Shown here: positions 60,850 through 64,000 of the stretch, one piece after another | How the letters are laid out: each line of letters begins with the position of its first letter | How positions within the stretch are numbered: position 1 is the stretch's first letter | Assembly: GCF_021869535.1 (NCBI RefSeq) | Contig: NW_026262593.1 | Span: 28,954,001-29,018,000, forward strand | Length of the DNA stretch: 64,000 bases | From: Mytilus californianus | Taxonomy: Eukaryota | Direction of reading: 5' to 3' | Position numbers and translations under genes: made by a program | The notes under the pieces: generated by a model | What the model was told of the DNA's origin: nothing | The model's input: only the letters and a program-made list of their open reading frames with translations | Database searches by the model: none

Positions 60850-61350
60850 TTGAAGTTACACTATTGTTTCAGGTAGGGTGAAGGTTGGCGCCTATTAAAA
60901 CGTTTAAATCCGCTGCATTTGTTTGCACCTGTCCTAAGTCAGGAATCTGATGTTCAGTGGTTGTCGTTTGTTGATGTGGTTCATAAGTATTTCTCGTTTC
61001 TCGTTTTTTATATATATTAGACCGTTGGTTTTCCTGTTTGAATGGTTTTACACTAGTCATTATGGGGCCCTTTATAGCTTGCTGTTGAAGGCCGTACTTT
61101 GACCTATAATGGTTTACGTTTACAAATTGTGACTTGGATGGAGAGTTGTCTCATTGGCAATCATACCACATCTTCTTATATCTAATTCCGCTATTTTCAT
61201 ATAAAAATAAGGAGATGAGGTATGATTGCCAATGAGACAACTATCAACCAAAGTTCAAATAAAGTGGATGTAAGCAATTATAGGCAACTGTACGGCCTTC
61301 AACAATGAGAAAAACCCATACCGTATAGTCGGCTATAAAAGGCCCCTAAC
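60850..61350. repeat. Two head-to-head copies of family A (- at about 60850-61180, + at about 61200-61350)
   Basis: GTTGTCTCATTGGCAATCATACCACATCTTCTTAT faces ATAAGGAGATGAGGTATGATTGCCAATGAGACAAC across about 25 nt. Confidence 0.85.
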
Positions 61351-62146
61351 AAAACATAATGATCAGTTCTTTGATAGTAGTTAAGGAACTCGTTAAAAGC
61401 ACTGAAAGATTAGTAGTAGAACATTTAATAGAGGCCGTGATGAAACGATATTTGACGGGTTTTTTTTGTGTAGTTTAGGTAACCAATACATAGTGGGGAC
61501 CTTCAAATGTTCAGAAGATGCCTTAAGCTGAGCTGTAGTAGTGACATGATTATTTACTATATGACTCTCTGTGGAACGTACGGCCTTGAATGTAGTTGAA
61601 TGTATAATTTCATTCTTAATGACTTCCGCGTAGTATTTACGTCATACCACCACCCATTGTTGGTTGCTTTGTTGGCCGGTACGAACACAAAACGTTTTGC
61701 GAGTACTTAAATTCTTTAATCCTAGAAATGGGCGTATTACTTATTTTTTTATTTATTTCTTAATTATTTTCGAAATGTGATATCCGAATATCAACAATAT
61801 TTAGACATTTATTCAAATAGTAATCAAGTGACTTTTTGTCAGATTTTTCTCGTTTACACCATTTTTTACAATAGGATGAAAGAGCATCTTTAATAACCTG
61901 ACGACACTCTTCCCAATTTATTTTCGATGGTGGACGATATTTTTTTCAGAAAGTTTATAACCTCTCGGTCTTGAACGATGTTGAGGTCCCTGTAATAACA
62001 TGGCCATAGGGATCATATCTAAACTTCGATGTTTCACAGTCTCATGTCGAAGGAGCATTATTTTCTATACTGACGTCTGATGTAACTGACGAATAATTAA
62101 AAATCAAACATCTACTGGGTTTTTACCCATAACTGTAACATACACT

Positions 62147-62990
62147 AACTAGAGGCTCCAAGGAGCCTGTGTCGCTCACCTGATATTTTTCTTTACAATT
62201 GATGCATGAAATAATGCAACCGTTATACATTTGCTTTAGTTTCAGAGATATAAGTCAAAAACTGCATTTTCCCGCTAAGTTCTATTTTTAGCCATGTCTG
62301 ACATGTTGGTTGGCAGGCAGGGTCATCGGACACATTTTTTAAACTAGATACCCTAGTGATGATTGTGGCCAAGTTTGGGTAAATTTGGCCGAGTAGTTTC
62401 AGAAGAGAAGATTTTTGTAAAAGATTACAAAAATTTATGAAAAATTGTTAAAAATTGACTATAAAGGGCAATAACTCCTTAAGGGGTCAATTGATCATTT
62501 TGGTCATGTTGACCTATTTGTAGATCTTACTTTGCTGAACATTATTGCTGTGTACAGTTTATCTCTATCTATAATAATATTCAAGATAATAACCAAAATC
62601 TGCAAAATTTCCTTAAAATTACTAATTCAGTTGGCAGCAACCCAACAACGGGTTGTCTGATTCGTCTGAATATTTCAGGGAAGATAGATCTTAACCTGAT
62701 GAACATATTTACCTCATGTCAGATTTGCTCTAAATGCTTTAGTTTCATAGATATAAGCCAAAAACTGCATTTTACCCCTATGTTCTATTTTTAGCCATGT
62801 CGGCCGTCTTGGTTGGCAGGCGGGGTCATCGGACATATTTTATAAATTAGATACCCTAGTGATGATTGTGGCCAAGTTTGGTTAAATTTGGCCCAGTAGT
62901 TTCAGAGGAGAAGATTTTTGTAAAAGTTAACGGACGACGGACGACGGATGACGGACGCCAAGTGATGAAAAAAACTCACTTGGCCCTTTG
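62147..62990 (+). mobile_element. Helentron/DINE-1-like element with a duplicated core
   Basis: Blocks at about 62230-62420 and 62730-62925 are duplicated. A (GGACGAC)n microsatellite and a short inverted end GCTCACCTG/CTCACTTGG are present. Confidence 0.65.
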
Positions 62991-64000
62991 AGCATGTATG
63001 TCCGCTCTCTTTTTCGATATAAGTATGATAATCTTTGATTCGACTTCCGGCTGGTCTGCACCGTGGATGTGTTCACAAAATGTTTTCATAATGGTTTTGA
63101 TTTCCACACGGTTGTGATTCTGGCTTTGCAAGGTGTGTTTTTTTGTACATCTATATGACTTCCACCTATATATAATGTGTGGTCATTATAAACAGTAACG
63201 ACTTATTTCTTCTGTTTGTCTCCGGTTGTATAAATATCTATCTTGTTCATGAACATTAACGCTTTACAATCCATTTAAACGTGATTTTGATATATTTTTC
63301 TATGATATTTTTACAACATTTTTGAAAATGCTTTTAAAACATAAACAAAATGTAACTGGGTCTATACCTTATAAGTGACTCTTAGTTTTGTTTGAGAAAT
63401 TGGTAAGAACTCACTAAAATTTCCAGGGGGGGATATTTCTTATACAAAGTTAGTAATTAGGATACAATGTATATATAAAGTTTTACGTCATATGTTACCT
63501 GTAAAATGGCGCAAAGACAATCTACTTAAAATTTATATCTATATTAACTCGCATGCTCGTATATATAAGATGTATAACGAAATCAGAGTTAAATATTTTA
63601 ATTAGATTGGCGCAAAGGCAGTATATTTTTGTATAGCGTAAATGAAATACTGCATTTTCAAAAATATTTGCGCAAACGCGTTCTTGTCCTGTTATTGTAA
63701 ATAAGGATAATAGGATAATAATTACAAAGTAAATGATAATCCCATTCAGAAAGTAGCATGTAAAGTGCTTCCGGTCAATGAAGAAAGGAAATTGTTAAAT
63801 CTTTTATAAATTTTAAATGCTGTAATTATATTAAGTCCTCAGGGATCTCCTTTTATCTGTTTCTTGGTCAGTGAGAATCTATAAATCAATGTACATGTAT
63901 GATTTCATTTTTGGCGTTTCAGTAAAGGGCTATATAGCTAGTTTAAGTGATGCAAGGAATTTCTTATATTTTGACGGGAAATTTTAGTACAAATTGTAAA

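Overview
AT-rich, repeat-dense animal genomic DNA. The repeat content resembles a bivalve mollusc such as a Mytilus-like mussel, but the taxon is an inference. The only host gene supported is a TDP-43 (TARDBP) orthologue on the minus strand, with four coding exons (38447-38684, 36400-36596, 33215-33355, 25091-25861) encoding 448 aa: NTD, RRM1, RRM2 and a Gly/Ser/Gln-rich tail with the conserved helix. Its third coding intron holds a structurally complete 5.5-kb DIRS1-type tyrosine-recombinase retrotransposon (27660-33161) in antisense orientation, about 50 nt from the exon donor. The element has ITRs, a right extension, an ICR, gag, RT/RNase H/methyltransferase and YR. Four small indels, when repaired, restore two fully overlapping reading frames. 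Gag and the long YR frame are separated by one TGA-C stop. That stop also forms a consensus branch point for a predicted gag-skipping intron, which would join an ATG in the left ITR in frame to RT. The rest of the window is transposon debris: a Foldback-type Mutator element with tandem-repeat TIRs, P-element, LINE and Penelope fragments, MITEs, Helentron/DINE-like elements, minisatellites and a degenerate Penelope-type hammerhead ribozyme. Boundaries of decayed repeats are approximate and were read by eye.
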